NCBI GenBank assembly: GCA_963810095.1
Contig: CAWEMM010000007.1
Location: 416,001-480,000, forward strand
Direction: 5' to 3'
From: an uncultured Chloroflexia bacterium
GTDB taxonomy: Bacteria; Chloroflexota; Anaerolineae; CG2-30-64-16
DNA: 64,000 nt
The position numbers were made by a program, and so were the translations under genes. Of the stretch, positions 21,313 through 30,816 are shown in pieces; within the stretch, counting starts at the first letter, position 1, and every line of letters begins with the position of its first letter. The notes below the pieces were generated by a model, which saw only the letters and a list, made by a program, of their open reading frames with translations, ran no database searches and was not told the DNA's origin.

Positions 21313-22300
21313 ATGCGGGAATTGACGTACAGCCAGGCGCTCCGCGAGGCGCTCGCCGAGGAAATGGCGCGCGACCCCAACATCATCCTCCTGGGTGAGG
21401 ACATCGGCGTCTACGGCGGCGTGTTCAAGGTGACCGAAGGCCTGCTGGCGAAGTTCGGCCCGGAGCGCGTGCGCGAAACGCCCATCAGCGAGTCCGCGTT
21501 CGTCGGCGCGGGCGTGGGCCTCGCCATGACGGGCAAGCGCCCCGTCGCCGAGCTGATGTTCATGGACTTCATGTGGGTCACGTCCGACCAGATCATCAAC
21601 CAGGCGGCCAAGATGCGCTACATGACCGGCGGCCGCGTCAAGATGCCCCTGGTCATTCGCACGCAGCAGGGCGGCGGACGAGGCAACGGCGCGCAGCACT
21701 CGCAGAGCCTCGAGGCCGTCTTTGCGGCCACCCCCGGCTTGCAGGTCGTCTTGCCCAGCACCCCCGCCGACGCCAAGGGCCTGCTCAAGACGGCGCTGCG
21801 CCAGGATAACCCCGTCATCTTCATCGAGCACAAGCTGCTTTACAACACGAAGGGCCCCGTGCCGGAGGAGGACTACGCGATCCCGTTCGGCAGGGCGGAG
21901 GTCAGGGCCGAGGGCAGCGATGTCACGCTCGTGAGCTACTCTCGCACGGTGCTCCACGCGCTCGAAGCTGCCGAGGAAGCGCGGGCGCGAAGGCGTTTCG
22001 GTGGAGGTTATCGACCTGCGCACGATTGCGCCGCTCGACCTGGACGCGATCATCAGGTCGGTGAAGAAGACGGGCCGCCTCGTCGTCGCACACGAGGCGC
22101 ACCGGTCAGCCGGCTTCGGGGCCGAGATTGCCTCGCTCGTGCAGGAGCAGGCGTTCGACTACCTGGACGCACCCGTGCTGCGCGTCGGCGCGGCTCACGT
22201 CCCCATCCCGGCCTCCAAGCCGCTCGAGGACGTAGTGCTGCCGGGAAAAGCCCAGATCCTGGAAGCGATCCGGACGATTTGCTTGAGTCGGTTTAGCTGA
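21313..22300 (+). CDS. TPP-dependent dehydrogenase E1 beta subunit; frameshift near 21985
   Basis: 'LGEDIG.YGG.F.VT.GL..KFG.ERV.ETPISE', 'AQHSQS', 'EVIDLRTIAPLD', 'FDYLDAP'. Confidence 0.92.
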
Positions 22301-22369
22301 CCACAAAGTCACAGGATCTCAAAGGTCCACAAAGGTCTTGTTGATCCTGCGTCCTGTTGTCTTCGTGGT
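22300..22369. repeat. Junction palindrome, family B
   Basis: accacaaagtcacagga...ccacaaag...tcctgttgtcttcgtggt. Confidence 0.7.
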
Positions 22370-22380
22370 GAAGGGTGAGC

Positions 22381-23483
22381 ATGTCGGATGATCTGCTGGA
22401 CCTGGACTACAAGCCGCATCTGCCGCCGAAGACCGACTACGGCATCGGCATCATCGGCTGCGGCGGCATCGTCAACTACGCGGCCCTGCCCACATACCGG
22501 AAGCACGGGCTGAATATCGTCGGATGCTATGATGTTCGCCCCGAGGCAGCCGAGAAGACGGCGGCCGAGTTCGGCATCCCGAAAGTCTATCGTACGCTGG
22601 AGGAGGCGCTGGCCGACCCGGCCATGGAGATTGCGGAGATTTCGGTACCTCCCTGGGTTCAGCTCGACATCGTGTGCCAGGCCATCGACGCGGGCAAGCA
22701 CCTGCTGTGCCAGAAGCCCCTGTCGGACACCCTGTCGCATGCGGCCGAGATCGTCCGGGTGGCGCGCGACAAGGGCGTTAAGCTGGCGGTCAACCAGCAG
22801 CTGCGCTGGGGGCAGGGGCTGCGCGCCGCCGCACCCTCATCCGGAAAGGGTGGATCGGGCGGCCGACGGATGCGTCGATCCAGGTGAGCGTCAACACGCC
22901 CTGGGACATGTGGCCGTGGCTTGCCGCGCAGCCCCGGCTCGAGATCCTCTTCCACTCGATCCACTACCTCGACGCCATCCGCTCGCTGTTCGGCGACCCC
23001 GAGCACATCACCTCCCGCCACACCCGTTACCCCCTCCAGGGCGTGGTCAAGGGGGAGACCAAGACGATCACGATTCTGGATTACGCCGACGATATGCAGG
23101 CAATGGTGGCCGACAACCATTACAACCTGAGCGACGACTACTTCGCCGTCTTCCGGTTTATCGGCACCGAGGGGGTCATCACCGGCACGCTCGGCGCGAT
23201 GTACAACTATCCGGACGGACAGCCCGACACCCTCGCCTGGAGCAGTAAGCGCCACTATCCCGATAAGCGCTTCGAAGCGAAGCTCGAGGGCAAGTGGATT
23301 CCCGACTCGTTCATCGGGCCGACCGCCTCGTTGATGCAGGCGATCCAGGAGGACGGCGTGCCCGAGACGGACGGCTACGATAACCTGCAGACGCTGCGGG
23401 TAGTCGAGGCGTGTTATCTGTCGGCAGCCGAGAACCGCACGGTCTACATCGGGGAATGCGAAGCCATTCCATGCCGGGATTAG
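22381..23483 (+). CDS. Gfo/Idh/MocA family oxidoreductase (sugar dehydrogenase); frameshift near 22830
   Basis: 'IGIIGCGGI', 'GKHLLCQKP', 'VNQQLRW', 'HSIHYLD.IR.LFG'. Confidence 0.88.
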
Positions 23484-23484
23484 G

Positions 23485-23575
23485 AATGGGACGCAGATTG
23501 AAGTGATTGAACTGATCTGCATGGTCTCCGCAAGATCAGGTAAATCAGTCCGATCAGTTCAATCAGCGTTCTATT
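23485..23575. repeat. Junction palindrome, family C
   Basis: aatgggacgcagattgaagtgattgaactgatc...aagatcaggtaaatcagtccgatcagttcaatcagcgttctatt. Confidence 0.9.
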
Positions 23576-23588
23576 CAGGAGACACTTT

Positions 23589-24465
23589 ATGCAGAGATTC
23601 ACTGGGAAGGTCGCGATTGTTACCGGCTCGGGGCAGGGGATCGGCAAGGGGATCGCGGCCCGGCTCGCGGGAGGGCGCGCATGTCGTGATCGCCGAGTAT
23701 TCCGCCGAGACCGCTGCCGCAGCGGCGGCGGAGATTCGGGCGGCGGGCGCCGAGGCGACCGACTACCGCATCGACATCTCGGACGTCGAGGCAGTCGCCG
23801 CGATGGTGGCCGCGCTTGCGGAACGCCTCGGGCACGTCGACATCCTCGTAAACAATGCGGGGCTCGCACAGACCAAGCCGATGATGGAGCTAACGCCCGG
23901 CGATTGGGACCCCATCCTCGCCGTGAACCTGCGCGGCACCTTCTTTCTCATTCAAGCGGTTGCCCGGCAGATGATCGCCCAGGCGCCCGCTGCACTGCGC
24001 GAGGCGGGGGCCGCGCCCGCAGACATCTTTGCGACGAAGAAGAGCGATGCCCCGAGCCTCGACACGCCGGCGCTCGCCGGCAGCTACGGCAAGATCGTCA
24101 ACCTCTCGTCGGTGGCGGGCCGGCGCGGACGGCCCCTGCAAACGCACTACGCCGCGTCAAAGGCGGGCATCATCAGCCTGACCCAGTCCGCCGCGCTCAC
24201 GCTCGCGCCGTACCGGATCAACGTCAATGCCGTCTGCCCGGGCATCGTACCCACGCCCATGTGGCAGCGCATCGACGAAGAGCGTGGCAAGCTGTTTGGT
24301 GCGAAGCCGGGCGAGGCGATGGCGGCGTTCATCAACACGGTGCCGCTCAAACGGCCCGCCACCGCCGAAGACATCGCGGGCGCAGTCGCCTTCTTCTGTT
24401 CGTCGGATGCGGACTACATCACCGGGCAGGCGCTGAACGTCGACGGCGGCTTTGAGATGGATTAG
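23589..24465 (+). CDS. SDR family oxidoreductase with ~35-aa insertion; frameshift near 23670
   Basis: 'IVTGSGQGIG', 'LVNNAG', 'YAASK', 'VNAVCPG', 'ITGQALNVDGG'. Confidence 0.9.
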
Positions 24466-24533
24466 GGTGCGTGCACCTTCGCGTTCCAACTTGCTTCGTG
24501 ATATGCTTCTCTGCCAACAGGAGGACGAATTCG

Positions 24534-24980
24534 ATGAACACACCCCAACAGGAACTCCCGCTCGAAGCGACCATCTCCAGCCTGGAGCGCAAGTGGGCGG
24601 CCGCTTTCGCACGGAAAGACATCGCTGCACTGCAAGAGATGATGGCCGACGGTTACTCCCTGGTCATCGCGGTCGAAGGCCTGCCCCTGCAGGTGGTGGG
24701 CCGCGACGCGTGGTTGGAGGCGCTCGAGCATTACGAGGTGCAGGAAGCGTCGGTCGACCACATCCACGTTCGCATTTATGACTGCGTCGCGGTCGCGCTC
24801 ATGCTGTGGCGCCAGAAGGCCACGCTGGAGGGCGCAGACCGGTCGGCCGTCTTCATGCTGACCGATATCTGGGTGGACGTCGGCGGCGAGTGGAAGCTGG
24901 CGGAACGCCACTCCTCGCGGCCCGAACACCCCGGCGCGGCGCGGCCGCGTACCGCCCCGCTCGAATGCGACGTGTGCTAG
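24534..24980 (+). CDS. NTF2-like / DUF4440 family protein
   Basis: 'LERKWAAAF..KD...L', 'VRIYD.VAV', 'TDIWV...GEWKL..RHSS'; AGGAGG RBS. Confidence 0.75.
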   Translation: MNTPQQELPLEATISSLERKWAAAFARKDIAALQEMMADGYSLVIAVEGLPLQVVGRDAWLEALEHYEVQEASVDHIHVRIYDCVAVALMLWRQKATLEGADRSAVFMLTDIWVDVGGEWKLAERHSSRPEHPGAARPRTAPLECDVC

Positions 24981-24993
24981 AGGTAAGGACGAC

Positions 24994-26043
24994 ATGCTCA
25001 CCTACCAACCCGGCGAACTCCCCCTGATCCCGACACAGGTTATCGGCTCATCCGGCGTCCCCGGGTGGATGTGGGTTGTCCGCGACGCCGTCGCGGCCGG
25101 CAAGATGGGCCCGTACGATATCGACGAGGCGTTGAAGGACGCGGTGCGACTGGCGGTGCTCGAGATGGAGCAGGCCGGCGTCGACATCATCTCGGACGGC
25201 GAACTGCAGCGGGCCGACTTCACGTGGCACTTCCACGGCAAGGTGAAGGGCCTGCAGCCGGTCGAGTACGCCCGCAAGCTAGGGTACCCCGGCCCCGACC
25301 AGCTCGACGCGTTCCTGGTCGTCGAGCCGCTGACCGTGCCCGAGGGTTACGGCCACGCGGAGGAGTTCCGCTACGCCCGCACCCTCACGGATCGCCCGCT
25401 GATCTCCCCCATCCAGAGCCCGCTTACCCAGGCCTTCCGGATCAATCCGGGCAGCGTGTACAAGTCCAAGAGCGAGGTCGCCTGGGCGCTCGTCCCATTC
25501 ATCAACCAGGAGCTCAAGGACGTGGTGGCGGCGGGCTGCAAGCACATCCAGTTCGACGAACCGGCGTATTGGATCGCGGACGGCGGCCCCGAGGAGATGG
25601 TCGAGATCTTCAACGCGTGCGTCGAGGGCGTCGAAGCGACCATCGGGTTCCACCTGTGCTTCGGCAACTTCCGCGGCCGGCCCGCCACCTCGCATCGCTC
25701 CTTCGCAGCGTTTGCGCCCTGCTTCAAGGACCTTAACGTCGACGTGATCCACATCGAGTTCGCCAACCGCAACATGTACGAGGTCGAGCTGTGGGAGAAG
25801 TACGGCGGCGACAAGATCCTCTGTGCCGGCGTGATCGACGTCAAGGGTCGCAGCCTGGAGCCCGTCGAAGTCGTTGCGGACCGCATCCGGGCGTGCCTGC
25901 GCCACTGCGGAGCCGATAAGCTCTGGGTCGCGCCCGACTGCGGCTTCTCGCAGACACCCCGTGCCCTGGCGGTCGACAAGATGCGGGTGATGGTCGAAGC
26001 CGCGCGGTTGGTGAGAGAGGAAATAGGACGCGGATCGAACTGA
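24994..26043 (+). CDS. Cobalamin-independent methionine synthase II family (single-barrel MetE-like Zn thiol-activating enzyme)
   Basis: 'GVDIISDGE..R', 'IQFDEP', Zn ligands 'HLC.GN', 'IEFA', 'APDCG'. Confidence 0.88.
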   Translation: MLTYQPGELPLIPTQVIGSSGVPGWMWVVRDAVAAGKMGPYDIDEALKDAVRLAVLEMEQAGVDIISDGELQRADFTWHFHGKVKGLQPVEYARKLGYPGPDQLDAFLVVEPLTVPEGYGHAEEFRYARTLTDRPLISPIQSPLTQAFRINPGSVYKSKSEVAWALVPFINQELKDVVAAGCKHIQFDEPAYWIADGGPEEMVEIFNACVEGVEATIGFHLCFGNFRGRPATSHRSFAAFAPCFKDLNVDVIHIEFANRNMYEVELWEKYGGDKILCAGVIDVKGRSLEPVEVVADRIRACLRHCGADKLWVAPDCGFSQTPRALAVDKMRVMVEAARLVREEIGRGSN

Positions 26044-26114
26044 TCGGACTGATTTGCCAGATCTCTCGACAAGATCATGAAAATCAGTTCGATCAGTCTG
26101 ATCAGTGTCCCATT
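26022..26114. repeat. Junction palindrome, family C (overlaps the MetE-like stop codon)
   Basis: aataggacgcggatcgaactgatcggactgat...aagatcatgaaaatcagttcgatcagtctgatcagtgtcccatt. Confidence 0.9.
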
Positions 26115-26134
26115 CCTGTTCGAGGAGTACGGGC

Positions 26135-27167
26135 GTGCTGAAGCTGGAGTACAGTCCTGTTCTTGGCCGGGTGATCCGGCTGGACGACCTGGACACCCTG
26201 GGCGTCTCTACCCAGACGCTGGCGGAGGAGGCACTCGCGGCGGAGCAGTGGGATGAGGCCGCGGCGCTCGTCGATTACTTCTATGACGAGATGCTCCGCA
26301 TGCACGGCATCCTCACCACCTGGATCAAGGATATCCTGCGCTACACGGTCGCCCGGGTGAGTGGGGTGCATGGGGGCGCGCCGGATGAGGCGGCTCGCGG
26401 CGGCATCGGCCGGCATGACCCGCATGTTGGAGACGTACCCGCTTGGCCTTGCGCCCCGCCACCAGTGCCAGGCCGCGATCTTGCAGCGCGACCCCCAGGC
26501 GGCCGCCGGCTGGCTCGACAAGATGCGGCTCGAGTTCAAGAATCCGCACGAGATGCTGGTGGCTTGGGTGCAGGACCTGCTGGCCTACATCGCGAAGACC
26601 TGGGGCGAGGATGCCGTCCTTGAGTCAATCCTCGAAACGCATCAGAGCATCTGGGGCGACCGGTACGCGGCCTGGAATCAGATGACCCCCCACGAGAAGC
26701 TGGCGCTGACCGTCGAGGGGATGCGCGGCGGGCACTTCTCGGGCGCGCGGCGCCGCGGCGACATGCTGCTGCGCGACGAGGGCGACCGGCTGGTCATGGC
26801 GATGGACCCGTGCGGCTCGGGGGGCGTGCTCCGCCGCGGCGACCCGGAAACGGGCCGCGAGGCGTACCCCATCACGGCGGACGGGGTGAACCAGGAGCCG
26901 CACCTGTGGACGTGGCGCAAGACGGGCGTCCACTGGTACTGCAGCCACTGCGCGATCTCCATGGAGTGGCTGCCGGGCCGCCGCCGGGGACACCCTCTGC
27001 GGCCGCTCGACCACGTGATGGACCCGCAGGCCCCTTGCACCTGGTACGTGTACAAGGACGAGGGGCAGACTCGGGCCTACCACTACCCCCGCACCGGGCT
27101 CGACACCCCGCCGGGCGCCCCCGATCGCGGCGAGGACTGGCGCGCCGAGTACCCGGGCGGGAGTTGA
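26135..27167 (+). CDS. Hypothetical Cys/His-rich protein (possible metal-binding V4R/ATC-hydrolase-like C-domain); frameshift near 26375
   Basis: GAGGAG RBS and GTG start; duplicated helical N-terminal unit; 'MDPCGSGG', 'YCSHC', 'PCTW'. Confidence 0.7.
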
Positions 27168-27176
27168 GAGAGACGG

Positions 27177-27762
27177 ATGCCAAAACTGGAATACACCTTC
27201 CTCGATTCGCAGGACCTCTACCGCGGCGACCGGATGGCGCTGCGCGGCGAGACTTATCGCCTGCCCGACGGCCGCACCTACGGCCCGTACCGCGTCCTCG
27301 ATTATCCGGACTGGGTCAACGCGCTGGCCATCACCCGCGAGGGCCAGGTCGTCCTTGTGCGCCAGTTTCGACCCGGGCCCGAAGAAGATCACGCTCGAGC
27401 TGCCCGGCGGCGCGGTCGAGCCGGGCGAAGAATCGCTCGATGCGGCCATGCGCCGCGAGCTGGAGGAGGAAACCGGTTACGGCGGCGGCGAGATCACCTA
27501 CCTTGCCAGCTTTTCGCCCAACTCCGCCAGCCACACGAACCGCGTCCACAGTTTCCTTGCCACAGGTGTCGAGCGCATCGGGGATCTCCGGCCCGACGAC
27601 ACCGAGTTTCTGGAGGTCGTGCTCATGCCGCTGCAGGAAGCGTTCGAGGCGGCGGTGACGGGCGGGCTGGACCAGGCGATGCACGTCGCGACGTTGCTCC
27701 TGGCCCTCGCCAAGCTCGCCCCGCCCGGTTTGACTGACCTCCGAGGGCCCGTAGGGCCATGA
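27177..27762 (+). CDS. Nudix hydrolase (ADP-ribose pyrophosphatase-like); frameshift near 27375
   Basis: Nudix box 'GGAVEPGEESLDAAMRRELEEETGY' preceded by 'LVRQFR'. Confidence 0.9.
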
Positions 27763-29172
27763 ATGCCCACGTCGTCGACAACCGTTTTCTGAAAGACCTG
27801 TTCGGGTCTCAGCCATTGCGCGAGGTTTTCTCTGACACTGCACAGCTGCAAGCCTGGCTCGACTTTGAGGCGGCCCTGGCTCGCTCGGAGGCCGCTGAGG
27901 GGCTCGTGCCGCCCGAGGCGGCTGCGGAGATCACGCGCAAGGCAAGAGCCGAGCTCATCGACGTCGAAGCGCTCCATGCCGGCGTCAACTTCACCGGGCA
28001 CCCGCTGATCTCGCTGGTGCGCCAGCTCGCTGGACTGTGTGAGGGCGAGGCGGGCCGCTACGTCCACTGGGGCGCGACGACGCAGGACGTGACCGACACC
28101 GGCCTCATGCTCCAGGCGAAAGCCGCGCACGGGATCATTTTGGGGGACCTGCGCGAGCTCGCCGGCGCGCTGAGCGCCCTCGCGCGGCGTGAGCGCGATA
28201 CGATCGAGGCAGGCCGGACGCACGGCCAGCATGCCACGCCCATCACCTTCGGCTTCAAGGTAGCGGTCTGGCTTGACGAAGTGCGGCGGCACATCGAGCG
28301 GCTGGAGCAGGCTGCGCCCCGGGTGCTGGTCGGGGAGTTCGCGGGCGCCTCTACCACGCTGGCATCCATCGGCGCGGAGCCGGAGCGCGCGCTGGCCGTG
28401 CAGCGCCGGCTGATGGCCGACCTGGGGTTAGGCGTGCCGCTGATCGGCTGGCATGCCGCCCGCGACCGCTTCGCCGAGCTGGGGCTGCTGTGGGCCATGG
28501 TGGCCGGCACGATGGGCAAGATCGCCCACGAGGTCATCCTATTGCAGAAGAGCGAGGTGATGGAGCTCGAGGAGCCGCACCATCACGGTAAGGTCGGGTT
28601 CGAGCACCATGCCGCACAAGCGCAACCCGATGGGATGCGAAGGCATCATGGCGCTCTCGCGTCTCGCGCGGTCGCTTGCGCCCGCACTGCTCGAGTCCAT
28701 GGCAACTGCGGAACACGAACGTGACTGGGCCGCGGTCCACACCGAGTGGTCCGCGTTGCCCGAGATCGCAATCGCGGCGGGCGCGGCGGTGAGCCAGACG
28801 CGCGACGTCATCGCCAAGCTGGTCGTCTATCCCGAGCGCATGCGGGAGAACGTCGACGCGCTGCACGGCCTGATCCTCTCCGAAGCCGTTATGCTGGCCC
28901 TGGGCGAGCACGTCGGGCGGCAGGTCAGCCATGAGATCGTGTACGAGGCGGCGATGACCGCCTTCGAAACCAGGCGGCCGCTGAAAGAGATCCTGCTGGC
29001 CGACCCGCGCGTCACGGCGCACCTGTCGGCCGGGCAGATCGACGCCCTGCTGCAGCCCGCGGCCTACACCGGCTTGGCCGGGGTGTTTGTCGATCGAGTC
29101 ACCGAAGTGCGCGGAAAGCGTAGAAGCCGGAGTTTCTTCGGAGAAACCTGGCTTCTGGCTCCTGAGGAGTAG
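27759..29172 (+). CDS. Adenylosuccinate lyase / 3-carboxy-cis,cis-muconate cycloisomerase family (fumarase superfamily); frameshift near 28600
   Basis: 'YVHWGATTQDVTDT', 'GRTHGQHATPITFG.K', signature 'GSSTMPHKRNP' across the shift, 'EHERD'. Confidence 0.9.
29122..29156. repeat. Short REP-like palindrome (AGAAACC-GG-TTCT type)
   Basis: agaagccggagtttct-tcgg-agaaacctggcttct; each half is roughly self-complementary. Confidence 0.65.
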
Positions 29173-29174
29173 GC

Positions 29175-29690
29175 ATGCTGGTACAGGTCTGGCATTTCAG
29201 CTTCACCATCTCAGACATCGAGCAGTCGGTGGCGTTCTACCGCGATGTGCTGGGCCTCGAGCTGGTGCACCGGCAGGAGCAGGCGAACGAGTACACCCGC
29301 AAGTTCGTCGGCTATCCGGACGCGCACCTGAAGGTCGCGCAGTTTCGCATCGCGGGCGCGCCGGTTAACCGTTCGGGGCACATGCTGGAGCTGATCGAAT
29401 ACGTCGCGCCGCGGGGAGAGAAGGTCGACACCCGCACGAAGAACACGGGGACCGCCCACCTCGCGTTCGAGGTGGACGACATTTTCGTGGAGTATCAGCG
29501 CATGAAGGGGCTCGGCGTGCGCTTCCGCAGCGAGCCCGTCGCCATCGAGGCAGGCATCAACAAGGGCGGCTACACCTGCTACTTCCTCGACCCCGACGAC
29601 ATCACCCTCGAGATCATCCAGCCACCCCACAGAAACGGGACGCAGATTTTACTGATCGAACTGATATGCCGATCCACAGGAGATCACTAA
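29175..29690 (+). CDS. VOC (glyoxalase/methylmalonyl-CoA epimerase-like) family protein
   Basis: 'HFSFTISDIEQSVAFYRDVLG', 'LELIEY', 'HLAFEVDDI', 'YFLDPDDITLEIIQ'. Confidence 0.9.
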   Translation: MLVQVWHFSFTISDIEQSVAFYRDVLGLELVHRQEQANEYTRKFVGYPDAHLKVAQFRIAGAPVNRSGHMLELIEYVAPRGEKVDTRTKNTGTAHLAFEVDDIFVEYQRMKGLGVRFRSEPVAIEAGINKGGYTCYFLDPDDITLEIIQPPHRNGTQILLIELICRSTGDH

Positions 29691-29723
29691 AATCCGCGGT
29701 CATTCTTCGATCTGCGTTCTATT
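29634..29723. repeat. Junction palindrome, family C (overlaps the VOC 3' end)
   Basis: aacgggacgcagattttactgatcgaactgat...gagatcactaaaatccgc...gatctgcgttctatt. Confidence 0.85.
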
Positions 29724-30649
29724 CAGCCAATTCCGTCGAGGATATCCCCCAGTTCGTCCTCCCACATGTCGTCGAGCGGCATGAAGGGGGTTTCCTCGAA
29801 GTCTTCGGTCATCCGGCCGAGTTGTTCCTTCACCTTGAGGCCGGGCATCTTGCGGTCCAGCCGGTCAAGCTGCGCTTGCATGTCCAGCGTGAGCTCTTCC
29901 CCGCGGCGCTCCAGGTCTGCCAGGTCGATCCAGACGCCGAACATGGTGTTGAGCCGGTGCATGATCTCGGCCCAGGCCCGGTAATCGTCTTCCACCCGCA
30001 CGCCGTCGACTTCCTGGTGTTGCGTGGAAAAGTCATACGCGGGCACGAAGCCGTACAATGACAGGGCTTCGATTCCCTCGTGCTCGGCCCGATCCAGCAG
30101 GTACGTCCCGATCGTCACGCCGCCTTCGTAGCTCGAGAACTTGAGGGCGTACTTTTCCAGCTTCTCGCGCAGAAAGGGCAGGCTGTAGACGGCGTGAATG
30201 TCGCGGGCCTTGTCGTACGGCACCGGGCCGTAGACCCGCCCGAGCATGACCACCCGCTTGACACCCAGCCGCTTGACTGCGGCGAAGAACGCCTCCGCGT
30301 ACCGGTCCGCATCCAGGTGCGGCTCGTCGCCCGTAAAGATGATCAGCCCCTTGCCTTGCAGCTCGGCGTAGTACAGGTCATTTGCATGGCGGGTCAGCGA
30401 CTCGCGATACCCGTCGTTGAGCTTCACTTCCGGCCGCAGGAAGTGATGTGTGCCCGGCACCTGGAACAGGTAAGAGCCGCCGACGTTCAGCTCGCCGATC
30501 TTTCGTGCGTCGGTGGCTTCGATAATGTGCTTCGGCAGTCCGGAGGAAATGCAACCCGCGTCGGCCCACTGCTGCCAACCGGCGATCATGAAGAGCTCGC
30601 TGACGTCGGGCTGTTCCCAGAGGCGGACGAGATCAGAATTGGATGCCAT
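29723..30649 (-). CDS. PAC2 family (proteasome assembly chaperone-like) protein
   Basis: 'MIAGWQQWADAG', 'RPEV...DG', 'GDEPH', 'SSYEG', 'IDLADLE'. Confidence 0.8.
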   Translation of the reverse strand: MASNSDLVRLWEQPDVSELFMIAGWQQWADAGCISSGLPKHIIEATDARKIGELNVGGSYLFQVPGTHHFLRPEVKLNDGYRESLTRHANDLYYAELQGKGLIIFTGDEPHLDADRYAEAFFAAVKRLGVKRVVMLGRVYGPVPYDKARDIHAVYSLPFLREKLEKYALKFSSYEGGVTIGTYLLDRAEHEGIEALSLYGFVPAYDFSTQHQEVDGVRVEDDYRAWAEIMHRLNTMFGVWIDLADLERRGEELTLDMQAQLDRLDRKMPGLKVKEQLGRMTEDFEETPFMPLDDMWEDELGDILDGIG

Positions 30650-30693
30650 GTCGATGATGTCCCCTTTCCAGAAGTGTACGTTCTGGCACTGGA

Positions 30694-30702
30694 ATTATAC
30701 CA
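30694..30702 (-). promoter_or_regulatory. Extended -10 promoter for the PAC2 gene
   Basis: Minus strand TGGTATAAT about 45 bp upstream of the start codon. Confidence 0.45.
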
Positions 30703-30719
30703 TCAACAGGCGCAGGGGG

Positions 30720-30811
30720 AATAGGACGCAGATTTAACTGATCGAATGGAATCTCATGATCCTGTCCGGAAATCATGAAGGGCCGTTCGATCAGTCCGAT
30801 CAGTGTCCCAT
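30720..30811. repeat. Junction palindrome, family C
   Basis: aataggacgcagatttaactgatcgaatgg...catgat...atcatg...ccgttcgatcagtccgatcagtgtcccat. Confidence 0.9.
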
Positions 30812-30816
30812 CCCGC

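Noticed and set aside
19980-28620. Programmed ribosomal frameshifting or true pseudogenes in the plus-strand operon
   Set aside because: No slippery heptamers at the shift sites, and the same indel rate affects unrelated genes across the window.
24994-29172. Coenzyme M / epoxyalkane pathway (XecA-like plus XcbD-like)
   Set aside because: The families match only at superfamily level. No alkene monooxygenase, phosphosulfolactate synthase or 2-KPCC genes are present, and the context is sugar catabolism.
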